From assembly GCF_009914755.1 (NCBI RefSeq), contig NC_060928.1: DNA of 64,000 nt. One strand, 5' to 3'. Both the position numbers and the translations under genes were made by a program. Shown here piece by piece: positions 13,330 through 29,436 of the stretch. Within the stretch, counting starts at the first letter, position 1, and each line of letters opens with the position of its first letter. The notes under the pieces were generated by a model, which did not search any database, was not told where the DNA came from, and saw only the letters and a list, made by a program, of their open reading frames with translations. The stretch comes from the human T2T-CHM13v2.0 reference genome, Homo sapiens.

Positions 13330-14300
13330 TGAAGCACAAAAAATGCTGCATGGGTTCAGGGATATTAGAGGTTTCTATGTGCAGGAAGGTTGGGAAGATC
13401 TCAAAGAAAGCGTCATTTGAGTGGAGCTCCTTGTTCCACTCTTTCCCCCCTTCTCCCTACTGTACTTGACTAGACTTAAAAAAAGTATCATTTGAAATTT
13501 ACCTTAAAAAATAGAATTTTGATTAAACGATAAAGCAAACAGTATTTAATTGGAAAAAAGGAGCATGGCCACAAACCTTGACTCATTAATAAACATGGCA
13601 TGGTGGAGGGATGATGAGAATACTGGCCAACCCCAACAGAGGCTCCACGTTGTGGAATAATAAAAGCTAGTTTTACAGGGAGAGTGGGATCAAATGGTGG
13701 GGGTCATTAGTAGTTTGGAGAATGGTTAAGGTCTTTCCTAAATTAGCACATTAAGGACTTTTAGTTGATTGTAGCATAGTTAACATGGAAAACGAAGAGA
13801 CTGAAAATGCATGTAAAGAAGCTGGTGCAGAGTAATGGGCAAGCGATGGTTACCAGCCTGGGGTCAAGACACTGGACGTGGTACCCTAGTAAAACTTTTT
13901 AAAAGTCAACAAGGACTGTGGCAGATTTGATAGGTAGGATGATGCAAAAGGTTTCAGGACCAAATAATAAAAATTTTCACATTGTGGGTCTGGGAAAATT
14001 GGGATGCAGCAGTGAAGATGCAGTATGTGTTAGATATGTGAAAGAACCCTGGAATATCCAGGAAGACATGTCTTAGGGGCTGCGATCCAGGATGAGAGAG
14101 GCTGTCGGCACAGTGCTGTTGATTGAAGCATTCCAACTTCTCAGTTCAGTAAGAATGAGAAAGGAAATGAGCCAAGGTCTGAGCTTCAGCAAATACCTAT
14201 AACTACAAAGTGGGCAGGAAAGAAAAAGCAAAGGAAACAAAACCATAGGATTGGACATAGGAAGAGACTCAGGGCACCACTCGGCTGTGGGAAACCCGGG
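13330..14300 (-). mobile_element. Degenerate L2 fragments
   Basis: Purine-rich sequence resembling antisense L2; boundaries approximate. Confidence 0.4.
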
Positions 14301-15346
14301 AGGTGGGAAGTGCGGTCATGTCTGTAGAGCTGGGGGCAGGGGAGGGAGCTGGTGTGCAGAGGAAGTCCCAGCTTAAGTCTTCATAAATATGTCCAGAACT
14401 GCGTGCTTTTTCTTTGTGTCCCTGCGTTTCATTTTCTGCATCACTCTTCTTGTTCTCCAATACTTTTCTCTACAGCACTCTATATCTTCTTCCACTCAGC
14501 CGCTTCACCCCGTGTTACTATCATAGACATCTGAAATACATTTAGATAATTTTATATATATATATATAATACACACTTAATGGTTTTTAAATTTTTTATG
14601 AACATTCATAATTTTTTTTATGAACAAGAACTTTCATAGTTTTTTATGAACAGGAACTTTTTTATAATATAGGTATACATTTATTTGACCAAGTAACTAG
14701 ATACTGCGTTGAACACAGTAGCTGGCAGATAGAAGATCTTCAATATATATTTGTCTACTAAATAAATGATTAATGTTCTGTATTGGTTTTCTATGAATTG
14801 ATGTCTTTGAGATTAAAAAATTATAAATATGTTATTTATCACATAAATAGTTGTCAATGTCAAAGGTTTTTTTGAAACTAGATTTCAAAGACCCCACAGT
14901 TCCCCAAAAGAGACCTATGAGTTAGGGAAGGCTGTGCTGAAAATGTTCTGGGCCTTGTAATCCCTCTTCCCTCCCGACCTGATTCTGTTTTCTACACTGG
15001 CAGTCAGCTTAAGACTTTGTTTGGAAAATCAACTATACACTGTGAAATAAATGTTTACATATTTTAAAAAGCTTGAAAACCAAGATGATTTGCCCTGTTC
15101 TTAGATTTTTCTGTGAATAAGTACATCCCATTTATTTTCTGGATGAGTATTTGATCCTTTTTTATGTTGATTAAATTTTCTCATTTTAATGTAAAGTCAT
15201 TTCAAGTTAAGCTGAAGAAGTCTGAAAAGGCCACTACCAATTATCTAAATCCTCCTGTTTCTTCTGTCTCTGAAAGCTTACTGAACTCATGAAGTCCTCC
15301 CCCAATTTTCCAGTTTCTACTGATCATATCACACTTTTAATACTGA

Positions 15347-15685
<339 letters not shown>

Positions 15686-15814
15686 TAATTATTTGCTAGC
15701 TAATATAATTTATGTATGTGAGTATTATTTCCTTTAAAGAAAACAGAGGAGGTAGTCTTTACCTTTCATTAGGGACTTTAAATTTTTTTCGTTGTTATTT
15801 ACTTTATTTATTAG

Positions 15815-16190
15815 GGTCTGCTATACACCAGGTACTTGGAATACAAAGACAAAATAGAACACAGCCTCTCAAAGTGCTCAAGGGCTAATGTGGGAAGTAA
15901 ATGGTAAATAGATAAAGCACCGTGATGGAAGTGTTGTAAAGGGACATGTTTATCCTACTGGCAATGGAAGTATGGAAGAAGAAACACTTAAGTCTACCTG
16001 GGAAGGACAAGGAAGTCTTTCTGAAAGAGGCAGTCTTTGAGCTTAGTATAGAAAGAAATAGGAATTCATCAAAGACAAGAGGTAGGAAAAGGATTTTCTG
16101 AAAGACGAAACAACACATGGGAAAGTATACAGGGAGAACATTTGGAATGCTGCACACAGGATATTTTGTTCCTTCAGGAGCACATATTCA
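15815..16190 (-). mobile_element. L2 fragment
   Basis: gaaagaggcagtctttgagcttag and related antisense L2-like sequence. Confidence 0.45.
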
Positions 16191-16275
16191 GGTCTCTAAA
16201 AACCATCTAGTTTGGAAATGTGGCTGTAGTTGGTTGCCAGTCAATGAGAATTTAGTGCTGTCTGCAAACCAACTC

Positions 16276-16355
16276 TTTTTTTTTTTATTATTATTATACT
16301 TTAAGTTTTAGGGTACATGTGCACAATGTGCAGGTTTGTTACATATGTATACATG
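16276..16355 (-). mobile_element. Primate L1PA (about PA3-PA5) extreme 3' end
   Basis: attatactttaagttttagggtacatgtgcacaatgtgcaggtttgttacatatgtatacatg is the L1PA 3' terminus in antisense. Confidence 0.9.
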
Positions 16356-16356
16356 A

Positions 16357-16799
<443 letters not shown>

Positions 16800-16986
16800 A
16801 AGTTTTTTCTTAAATAGATCTCCTCCCACTGGAATATAGTTATCTACAAATATTCAATAAATATAGGCTTAATGAACAAATTTTGCCCCTACATATCTAT
16901 TACAACTGCTCTCTTGAAAATCACCTATTTCCCAGAGGTCTTAAATAGGCTTCTTCAAGCCTCACCCTCTCTAATTCAGTTGAATT

Positions 16987-17280
<294 letters not shown>

Positions 17281-17529
17281 TCAGTTGAATTTAATTCTCT
17301 CCATCACTTCCCATCTTTGTTCCTATAGCTCTGTTTCTTCTGCCTCTCTTTCATGGGCTCCTTTTCTTTTGATCATCAAAGTTAAGGCAACAGCAAGGCT
17401 CTCTATTGGACCTTTCTGCCTCTCCTCCCTCCGTGCATTCCCAGTGATGGCGAATACTACCAGATTCAGCTATCATCTCAGACCATTTCTGGTAAAGATC
17501 TTTAGGTTATGTGTCAAACTATAGTTCTT

Positions 17530-17838
17530 GGGCCAGGTATGGTGGCTCACATCTGTAATCCCAGTACTTTAAAAGGCTGAGAGGGAGGTTCACGAGGTCA
17601 AGAGATTGAGACCAGCCTGGCCAATGTGGGAAACCCCATCTCTACGAAAAATACAAAAATTAGCTGGGTGTGGTGGCGTGCACCTGTAGTAGTCCCAGCT
17701 ACTTGGGAGACTGAGGCAGGATAATTGCTTCAACGCGGGAGGTGGAGGTTGCAGTGAGCCGAGATCGCGCCAATGCACTTCACCCTAGGTAACAGAGCGA
17801 GACTCCGTCTCAAAAAAAAAAAAAAGAAAAAGAAAAAA
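17530..17838 (+). mobile_element. AluSc-like element
   Basis: Full sense Alu with A-rich tail. Confidence 0.95.
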
Positions 17839-17849
17839 CCTATCTATAC

Positions 17850-18525
17850 ATACATGTATAAGACATGAGGCGATGATAAGTGGTGATTAGTGTTCTCAAG
17901 AACATGAGCCACAGTAGCGGATAGTGACGGAGACGGCTCATTTTTGATAGGGTAGCAGATAAGTCCGTGGGGAGGACTTTGTTGAAAAGATTTGATGACT
18001 TGTAGCAATCTGAGGGTGGGGGAAATATTTCAAAGAAGGTAGCCCAGAAAAGCATAAAGCCTCTGAGTTGTTGAAGGAAGAGAAAGAAGGCATGTATGAC
18101 TGAATCAAGCAGAGGGAATGAGAGACAGAGGCAGCCCCTCTGCTTGGGAGGGACCAAGGAGCATGCAGAGTCGGCTTGGCCAAGGCAAGTTTCTGAGTAG
18201 ACTGGGGAGCCTTTGGAGGGTTTTGAACGGGCGTGAAATAACTGACTTAATGTTTGAAAAGATTAATCACTCTGGCGACTGTTGCCAATACTTTTGAGCT
18301 GGGAAGCCACTGGGAGAGTTTGAGCAGGAGGGCAGCATGAAGTGACTTGGGTTTTCTGAGGATGATTTGGGCTGCTGTGTGGAATAGAGACGGTCATGGA
18401 ACCAGAGTGAAGCGGCAGCATCGGGGGCTCTCAACAGTAGTGCAGGTGGTAAATGCTGGTGACGGGGAAGAGAGAGAAGGTGGTGGGAAAAAAAGGTTGA
18501 ATTTAGGATAATTTTGGAAGTTGAG
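17850..18525 (-). mobile_element. L2 fragments
   Basis: gggaagccactgggagagtttgagcagg and aatttaggataattttggaagt L2-like motifs. Confidence 0.55.
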
Positions 18526-18527
18526 TT

Positions 18528-18830
18528 AGGGTTAAGGCCAGAAATTTATATAATTTGGGGGCCCTTATTTATGAAAAACAATAAAAAATTATGACTACAA
18601 CGTTAGGTCCTAATGTGAATATGTAGAATAAGAAATCACAACAAATTATATTTTTTAAACACCACAAACATCAGAAAAATGAGATATTATTAGTTCACTG
18701 CCTGACACAGCTGTGTAATTGTGTTCCTTTATGTTTTTGGCTGCAAACTCCTTGATTGCCTTTTCATATGACCACCAACAATATCATTACATCTTTTATT
18801 ACGGCTAGATGAGAAAACTTTTAGCTTCAC
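18528..18830. mobile_element. hAT-Tip100 (Zaphod/MER115-like) fragment
   Basis: ttatataatttgggggccctt...aagaaatcacaacaaatta resembles the recalled Zaphod end. Confidence 0.45.
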
Positions 18831-18912
18831 AATTGGCTGTTGATAGTGACACATCTCCAACTTCCTCTATCTTTTCTTTAAGCAGTACTTCTCTGTAAGG
18901 AAACCCTAAGAG

Positions 18913-19100
18913 CAGTGCCTCTCAAACTTTAGTGTGTACCAGCATTTTCTGAAGGGCTTGTGAAAACACAGATTGCCGGGCCCCACCCCTAGAGCTGGGG
19001 ATTCAGTGGGTCTGAGGAGGGGCCTGAGAATCTGCATGTCTAACACGTTCCCACATGACGCCCATGCTGCTGGCCTGAGGACTTGACTTTGAGAACCCCA
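18913..19100. mobile_element. MER5A hAT-Charlie element
   Basis: cagtg.ctctcaaacttt ... gattcagtgggtctgagg...ctttgagaacc. Confidence 0.8.
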
Positions 19101-19635
19101 GCCCTTTGATCTTCCTCAGGTGCCTCAGGTTCCCCCCCTCTACCAGGTTGTTTCTGAGTTAGGGTGGGTAGTATAGGGGTAGAGTGGCCTGGCAGCCTGG
19201 ATCATGGTGGCCTGTGAGCTCGGAACGATGCAGTATCTTTTGTTCAGGTCCTTCTCCTCAAGCCTCAGGGCAGAGTCCGCCTGCTCCTTGAGGTCACCAG
19301 GGCAATAGTTTCCCTGGGCACTGAACAGATGTGAGGTGATGCTGGCAGCACCCAGGCGCCAGGATTACCGCTGCCTGCAATCCTCTGAGTCCCCAGCATG
19401 TGGTCGAGTTATGGCTCCCATTCTCCATGCTGCCCACCCCAGTGTGCAGAGGACACGTCAAGCCATGGAAAGTTAAACTTCTTTTGCTTCATGTAAATTT
19501 GCATCTGCAGCAGATCCCACGGGATTTGCTGATGGACTGGAAGTGGGATGTGAGAAAAGGAAGTGTTAAGGATGACTTCTAGGTCTGGGCCTGATGAATT
19601 GAGCGATACTGATGCCATTTCCTGACATGAGATAG

Positions 19636-19992
<357 letters not shown>

Positions 19993-20013
19993 TCGTGGGT
20001 CATGAATTTTGTC

Positions 20014-20486
20014 TGTATTCATTTCCGCTGGCTGCCATCATAAATTATCATGACCTTGGTAGCTTAAAGCAACAGAAATGCATTCACTCAAACGCTGGAT
20101 GCTAAAAGCTCAACATCAGTTTCATTGAACCAAAATTAAGGTGTGGGTAGGACTGTGCTCCCTCTGGAGGAACTGGGGGGAATCATATTCCTTTCCTCTT
20201 CTCGCTTCCGGTGCTGCCAGCGTTCTTTCATGTGTGGCTACATCACTGCAACCTCTGCCTTTGTGGTCTCCTTGCCTTCTCTTTGGTGTGTATCAAATCT
20301 CCCCCTCCCTCTCTCTTATAAAGACACTTGTGATTGGGTTAAGGGACCATCAGCTAATCCAAAATAATCTCTCTACGCCAAGATCCTTAATTACATCTGC
20401 AAACCCTCCTTCTTTATAAAGTAACATTTATAGATTCCTGGAATTGTGCCCTATGTCTTTGGGAGGCCATTATTCATCCTACTACA
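20014..20486 (-). mobile_element. MLT1C-like MaLR solo LTR
   Basis: tgtatt...gcttaaagcaacagaaatg...tcttataaagacacttgtgattgg...tactaca. Confidence 0.8.
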
Positions 20487-21738
20487 AAACATTAAGTTTG
20501 GGATTCTTCTTACACATCCAAGTGGAGATTGGGAAGAATTTATTAATGAGTGATTAAGAAATAGAGCAGTAAGGAAAGGAAAGAATGTTTCCAAAGCCTC
20601 CATATGTAACAATAAAATTCTCCTTATGATCAGGGAAACTTTTAGGACAGAAGAAAATGAAAATAGGGAAAAGTTGGAGCACATGGAAAATCTAAAAGTC
20701 ATTTAAATTGTGTTTGTTTAATTATAGATAAATGCATCATGCTGCCTTTCAAAGTAAGTTAGTAGAGGACAGAGATTAGGTCAAATAAACAAATTCTGTA
20801 GAAGATCTGATATTCCATAGGGATAATAAATACTGAGTGGCATTAAAAGTCAAGGGAAGTAAAGATAAAAGAATCCTAATGAGATGTATCTTACTTTCAG
20901 ATTTTCTTATTCTATTTATTATTTTACCAGACACTCCTGAATTTTAAAACTAGTGTAATTATATGTAAGGAACAAAATGTCACAGGAGACAAGGTTACCT
21001 TTGAAAGTCAAAGAACTCATGTTCTGAAATGTAAGATACATAGCCTTTACCTGCAAGAGCTTTGTTCAGTATTAATGTTTGGGATCATGAAGGGAATCCG
21101 TGATACTGCCATGGTTGCTTAACTGTGTGACATGCTCTATATCCAGACCTATAGCTAGCTGTGCATTAGAGAGTAGGACTATGTCACAGCCGTATAAAGG
21201 CATTTTGTGTAAAAATACATGGTCAATGAAGGACTTCAGATGGAGAATCATGATTTATATTTGTGGCCAAAAATCAGGGTTTTATTGTTTGCTTGCTAAT
21301 CTATTAATTGGCTATCCACCATGAAACAGTCTTACATGAAGGGAAACAACACAAAGAGATATCTTTTTTCATCATTATGAATTAATGAATTTACATAGTG
21401 CTCAGCAGATACTGTAGAGAAATTCTAGAGTTTCCTGAGTTTTCTGTGCACATGAAGTAAATATAAAACTTTCACATCTTTCAATCCTCTAATTTCTGCA
21501 TAGGTGTATTTTCCCATAATTTAATTGAATAAAGGTATTTTCATTTTGTTTGGGAAAAAAGTACCAATTACTTAAAACATTATTTGAGAAATACTTCCTA
21601 ATGTGATATCAAATATTTTTAGTTGGTTTAAAAAAAAGCTACTCGATTATTTGACTCTAAATAACTTTTATTTGATGTTTCTCACTTTAACAACAATTAG
21701 TTGTTAAAGGGGGGTCCAGGTGAAAACATTTTACTCTG

Positions 21739-22016
21739 GCCAGGTGCAGTGGCTCATGCCTTAATCCCAGCGCTTTGGGAGGCTGAGGCAGGAAGATTAC
21801 TTGAGGCCAGGAGTTCAAGACAGCCTAGGCAACACAGCATTCCATCTCTACTAAAAATTTAAAAATTAGCCAAGCAGACCAATGTGCACCTGTAGTCCTA
21901 GCTACTCAGGAGATTCAGGTGGGAGGATTGTTTGAGTCCAGGAGTTCGAGGCTGCAGTGAACTATAATGGTGCCACTACGCTGCAACCTGGATGACAGAG
22001 CAAGACCCCATCTCTA

Positions 22017-22049
<33 letters not shown>
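21739..22049 (+). mobile_element. AluJ element with long poly-A tail
   Basis: Sense AluJ, tail 22018-22049. Confidence 0.93.
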
Positions 22050-22051
<2 letters not shown>

Positions 22052-22190
22052 CTCTAAGATACAGTACTAACTTCCAAGCAATAATAAAGAGATAGCATTG
22101 GGGTATTAATGGTTCTATAATCATTTCTAAAATATCCAGACAAGAACAAGGCAATAATAACAATGATTAATTTTAAAAATTATCTTATAG

Positions 22191-22360
22191 CAAGCTACCG
22201 ACTAGAAATACTATAATCAGTTGGACATCTAGCAGGGTGGATCATGTTATGGACTCCGTGGCTCGGAAGTCGGAAGAGCACTGGACCTGTGTGGTGTGTA
22301 CTTTAATCAATAAGCCCTCTTCTAAGGCATGTGATGCTTGCTTGACCTCAAGGCCTATTG
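22191..22360 (+). CDS. NEIL3: NEIL3 coding exon 7 (170 nt), RanBP2/NZF zinc finger
   Basis: ttatag|C AAG CTA ... ATT G|gtaaga; encodes KLPTRNT...WTCVVCTLINKPSSKACDACLTSRPI. Confidence 0.97.
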
Positions 22361-23359
22361 GTAAGACTGAATTTTGATTTTGAGTTTGTTACATTTCTAA
22401 GAGGGTTAATTATACAAAGTCAGGAATATATCTTGCTCCATCTTGATATTCCATAACTAAATAAAATTTCTTTCTCAAAGGTTTAAAGGAATTGCCAGTT
22501 TTCACATGTAAACCATGCTAATATTCTGTTGAGTATTTTTTTTGAACAGGGAGGGAAAGCATGTTTGTGCTATAACAGTATGTGCCTTTGTATCTCAAAA
22601 AAATGGAGATGATCACATCTGTTCTCTACTGTTTCTAATGAATTATTCAATAAAGCTTTGTTTTATGCAGATTTCAGCAACTTTCGAGTTTGTTATTCAG
22701 TCCAAGTGTTGCATAAATTGAAAGGGAGGATTTCTGTAAGAATCTCTTTGCAGGTGGAATAGAAAAATGCTGAATTTTTTCTCTTCTTTATCCCTTCTAC
22801 CCCGTGCTATTAAAATCTGTATCCAGACAATTGTACTGATTTCATTGAAACCCTTCAAAATAACTCTTTATAGCTCACGATTTCATGCATTTAGGGCATG
22901 TAAAACCTCAGAGGAAACCTGTGATTAAGAGCCATCTCATTGCAGCGGCTTCTATTGTGTTCTCAAAGTGTTATTTCTTTCTTCAATTAGAGATGAGAAA
23001 GTTCATTCCTGACTTACGCACCCCTGCATTGTGTCAACTGTCATATTGTGTTTTGTTTCCTGGGCCAGAAAGGCAGACATCACCCCTTGCACAGCTTTGC
23101 TGTGCTGCATCTCCTGTTTCCATCCCTCCCTCTTCAGTGTCCTTCAGCAGAGGCGGAGCCCATGGAAAAACACAATCTTAGGTTGCCACATTGATTTCAA
23201 CATTCTGAAATGCATTTATATGTCTCATTAACTATTTTCTTGTTAATGTTTCTGAGTCAGAAAGACATCTTAATGATAATATAGAATGTATTATAGTACA
23301 GATTCCAAAATCCTAGGATACTCTGTTGTGAAACATTGTATTTAATAGATGTTAAGTCT

Positions 23360-23660
<301 letters not shown>

Positions 23661-24118
23661 TTAAGTCTTTGTAATTCATCTTTACTTATTTTAAATAAGC
23701 CTTTCACTTTGTCTTGTCATTCCTAGTAGTCTAGAAACAGGTCTCTAACTGCTGACCTAAAGCTTTATGGGATATCATCTCTCAACTACCACTTTTTAAT
23801 GCTTTGCCTAATATTAGCAAAACTGATAACTGAGTGACCTTTAAATGCTTAAACATCATAAAAAGCAAATATAAATCTTTGTTAAACCCATGTCTGGGTT
23901 TCTGTAAGTCGAAATTTTGCATTTTACATAATATTTCATTTCCTAGCCAGAAGATGATTAATTCTGACTTGTCTGAGCTAACTTTGTGTTATTAGTTCTA
24001 TATATTAGTTCACTGTAATAAAGTGAAGTAAATCTTTTAATCAAATAAAAAGATGTTTCACATAATCAGTATGTTATATTTATGGGACTATTGCAGAATT
24101 ACTTCTCTCTCCTTCCAG

Positions 24119-24892
<774 letters not shown>

Positions 24893-25352
24893 TAAGAAGA
24901 CAGAAATTGTCCCTTGGTAAGGAAGTTGAATTACTTTTGGTAACATGAATCAAACCCTAAAAGACTATTATAGTAGTCTGTCTCCCTTCCCTTCTCTAGA
25001 TTATAATGTTAGAGAAGGGAAGGAAATGAAAAACGTAATTTCCTACATGTATGAAAAGTTGGGTTTTTTTTTTTTCTGACAATAACCATACACATGATCA
25101 ATACAGAATATTTGGAAAATATTGTAAAGTATAAAGAAAAATATTTGTCACCCATAATCATACTGCTTATCAATAACCAGTTAGTATTTTTTAATATTTC
25201 CTTCCAATGAAAGATAGTCTTCCAAAAGGGGAACTATTTTTTATAAAAGTTTAGTAAGTATACTGTGTTCTAAAAGGAGGGGTCTGAGGTGCCTGTAGTG
25301 ACCTTTCTGTTAAAGAACGTGGATGGATCTCAAACAGTCATGCGAGATGGTG

Positions 25353-25591
25353 TTTATTTTTATTTTTATTTTTTTCTTTGAGGTGGCGTTTTGCTCTTGT
25401 CGCCCAGCTGGAGTGCAATGGCACAATCTTGCCTCACTGCAACAACATTCGGCTAATTTTTTTTGTATTTTTAGTAGAGATGGGGTTTCGCCATGTTGGC
25501 CAGGCTGGTCTCGAACTCCTGACCTCAGGTGATCTGCCCACCTCAGCCTTCCAAAGTGCTGGGATTACAGGCGTGAGCCACTACGCCTGGC
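25353..25591 (-). mobile_element. AluS element with internal deletion
   Basis: Right monomer jumps from ctcactgcaac to ggctaattttt. Confidence 0.88.
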
Positions 25592-26088
25592 GTTGTTCTT
25601 TAACTAAAAGTCCTAAAAAGCATACTTGCTACTTTGTATCTGAAATTCAAAAGTTGTAATTCTAACTAAGAAATACTACCAGAGCAGATATATTTTATAG
25701 GACTTCCAGCTACATGTCCAGGAGAACACCCTCATTTTTGTCACCTGTGATACAGAAATTTTAATACATAACGTCATCCTCTCTTTTCCTTAATGATTAT
25801 CGGCAGCTCCTGAAACAATTTTCTGTTGACCCTCCTTCCCCCTTTATCTGGCCCTCCCAGTCCCTTTATCTGGAATTCCTAACTATGGCAACCCGATGTT
25901 ATATCTCCAACACAGGACACATTTCTCCACCATTTTCTTTTCTCAGCTGCTTTCTTTTTTCCTTCAGAAAGCAGCTGACTTACATCCAGCATTTTTAAAT
26001 AAGTGGAGAATTTATAACATATAAATGGAGGGTCGTCCTCCCATGTATGTCTTTTCTTGCCAATGGGAGACAGGCAGAGAAGGAGTTA

Positions 26089-26398
26089 CAGTCATCCCTC
26101 GGTATCCTCAAGGGATTTGTTCCAGGACCCCCAGGATACCAAAATCTGCAGATGCTCAAGTCCCTGATATGAAATGGCATAGTCCTTGCATATAACCTAT
26201 GCACACCTTTTCATATATTTAACTCATCTCTGCATTACTTCTTATAATACTGAATTCAATATAAAGGCTGTGTAAATAATTGTTATACTGTATATTTTGT
26301 GTAATTTTTTTATTGTTTCATTATTTTTTGTTTCCAAATATTTTCGATCCAAGGTTGGTTGAATTCATGGATTGGGAACCTACGGCTATGGAGGGATG
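26089..26398. mobile_element. MER2 (Tigger family) DNA transposon
   Basis: cagtcatccctcggtatcc...ttccaggacccc...gatgctcaagtccctgatat...atggaggg. Confidence 0.8.
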
Positions 26399-28081
26399 TA
26401 CTTTGGTTGGGACCTAGAGTAATCTCAGGTGGAATTCTGAGATTCACTGGCTTTTCCTCTTATTAGCTGTGCCTTTACTGATGGGTAGATGCCTTCTCTC
26501 AGCGGTGGGGTGAGGGACCATTTGGTGTAAACTCCTAGAGCAACCTGTAGGAATCCTTAAGCTTATTTCATAACAAATTCTGAGACAGTCTCTGCTCAAT
26601 AGATGTGTTTACTCCAAGTTTCCTATTCCAGCTCTAAATTTACCATCAGTTAATCCTGATGATTTATCCTTGACTGGTTTTTTTAATGTCTTGTTCATAA
26701 TCATTTATGATAACTGGTTTAACTTTTGTTCATATACTCACATTTGAAGTAAGCTAAGGGGGCTAAACTTTTAACTGACTGGATAAATCCACCACGTTTT
26801 CACTTTAACCCTAATTAGTGCCTCATGATAGAAGTTCATTAAGGAGTTAATTAAGAATGTTTGAGTTGGGAGGCTGTCCTGGAACAGAAAATCATTTCCA
26901 AACAGTCTTTTCTGTTCCGTGGCTTAAGTGGAAAGTAGAAGTGATCATCTTAAAATATTGTGGCATTTGTTGTACCTAGATGAAATATCTTGGCATATTT
27001 TTATTTCCTTAATGCTTTGTAGAAAATCTCAGACATTTTAACTAATGAATTAGGGATTTAAAAAAACATTAATGTAACCTTAAATTTAAATGATTTCTTC
27101 ATAAGCCATTAGTAATAGGATCATATGATTAATCACAGTGCACAGCATTACTTAGGAATGCTGCAGCCTGTGTATGTATTGAATATAAGAACACCAGGAC
27201 TGAGACTCCACAATCAATCAAGATCAACTAGCAGAATAAATGTCAAGTGATGAAATAAATTCACCCAGCAGCCCTTCTGCACCCAGCTACTTTACAAGGA
27301 ATAAATTGCAAATTACTGTCATTTATTTCATTTTTCTCCTTGTCTGGCAGCTATAGTGTTCATCTTGTGGACAAGATGCCTAGCAGAAGCTCACAACATA
27401 ATACTATTAAAGCAGGTGGTCCATTCATAATTTATAGCCAGTTTATTTTTTCTTTAATATTATATGATAATTACTTTGACTTTTGTTCTCTTAATTACTG
27501 TTCTCATTACCACACAATCCATGCAGTGTTGATGAGGCATATTTTCTGATTGGTCTTGAGATAGATGTGTATTCCATCCAGCTATTGGCTTATAAATTAG
27601 ATGATTGAACCCATTTTTAAACAGTTAAGAATAATTACTAGAAACAGTTTAAGTTGTCGATCCAATTACTGTAAACACAGAGCAAAACACAGTGATGCAG
27701 TTTCAAAGAATGCATGTGTTTTAGGCTGAAATTTTTCCTGCGTTGATGCAAAGGCTCACATAGGAGGGTGAAATGACAATAACAAAATCATTAATATTTT
27801 CTCACATTTGCTGCCGTCAGGGATGTTGAAGATCTGTCTTTAATCACCAGTGCAAGTACTGACACCATGTCCTTGTCTCTTGGTTGCTTCTTGGAGTTTT
27901 CAGTCTCAGGATTTCAGAACCACCTGGGGCCGTCCAGAATGAGTCATTTCACTTTTGTTTGTTTTAATCCTCGAAATAATCCTGTATGACAAAATCTACA
28001 TTCAGTGAGACCGATTAATCCAAAAAATTCAGACAGTATTTTTATTATAATGAATCGCCCTATCTATAAAATGAGTTAAAC

Positions 28082-28288
28082 CAAGCTTGTCCAACCATAG
28101 GCTTGTGGGCTGGACGGCTTTGAATGCAGCCCAACACAAATTTGTAAACTTTCTTAAAACGTGAGTTTTTTGTGTGATTTTTTTTTTAAGTTCATCAGCT
28201 GTCACCAGGGTTACTGTATTTTATGTGTGGCCCAAGACAATTCTTCTTCTTCCACTGTGGCCCAGGGAAGCCAAGATTGGACACCCCT
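28082..28288. mobile_element. MER30 hAT-Charlie element
   Basis: gtggcccaagacaattcttcttc...ggcccagggaagcca..gattggacacccct. Confidence 0.8.
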
Positions 28289-28476
28289 AAGTTAAACTGT
28301 GATAAATTGACCATGAAAAAATAATATTCACTTTAAAATTACAGATCTGTGCTTAGTAATGTCTTCCTTCTTGATGATAGTTTTTGTCTGGTCTCTGTTC
28401 AGTTTTATTTATTAATAAGTATTGAGAATCTATTATGCCTCGGGCATTGTTCTTGATTCTAATGACATGTACATGA

Positions 28477-28640
28477 GCAGACTATAGCCAGCAGGGCCAA
28501 ATCCATCCCACCACCTGTTTGTGTAAAGCTTTATTTACATTTGTTTAGATATTATCTATGGCTGCTTTTTGTGATAACAAACTTAGACCGTAAGACCAGC
28601 AAGCCTAAAATACGTTATCTGAAAAGGTTTGCCAGCCCCG
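28477..28640. mobile_element. MER58A-like hAT element
   Basis: gggccaaatcc...tctatggctgctttt...gcaagcctaaaata...aggtttgccagcccc. Confidence 0.6.
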
Positions 28641-28915
28641 ATCTGTTGTATTAATAGATCACTTATAACCCAGAATTAATATTCAAAATCATGGTCATGA
28701 TCACGAAAATGAACAATTCTGTATGCTACATTTAAGTAAGAAATCTGCTATATTTTAGAAAGTTTTTATAAAACAAAGAGGAACTAAGATGTCCTCAGTT
28801 AATCAGAACATTTAATTATCCTGGATAATGTTGTCTATCATAAAATTAAGATTAGCTGTGCATATTTAGAGCCAGTGTGATACAGGTGGCATTAGTATCT
28901 TGGTTACGTTACTTC

Positions 28916-29436
<521 letters not shown>

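Noticed and set aside
14333-14352. G-quadruplex candidates here and at about 19162 and 52186
   Set aside because: Only three G3+ runs each
24082-24118. Upstream ATG and alternative CAG acceptor (24096) before exon 8
   Set aside because: Intronic; the acceptor would add 22 nt, shift the frame and has a poor pyrimidine tract
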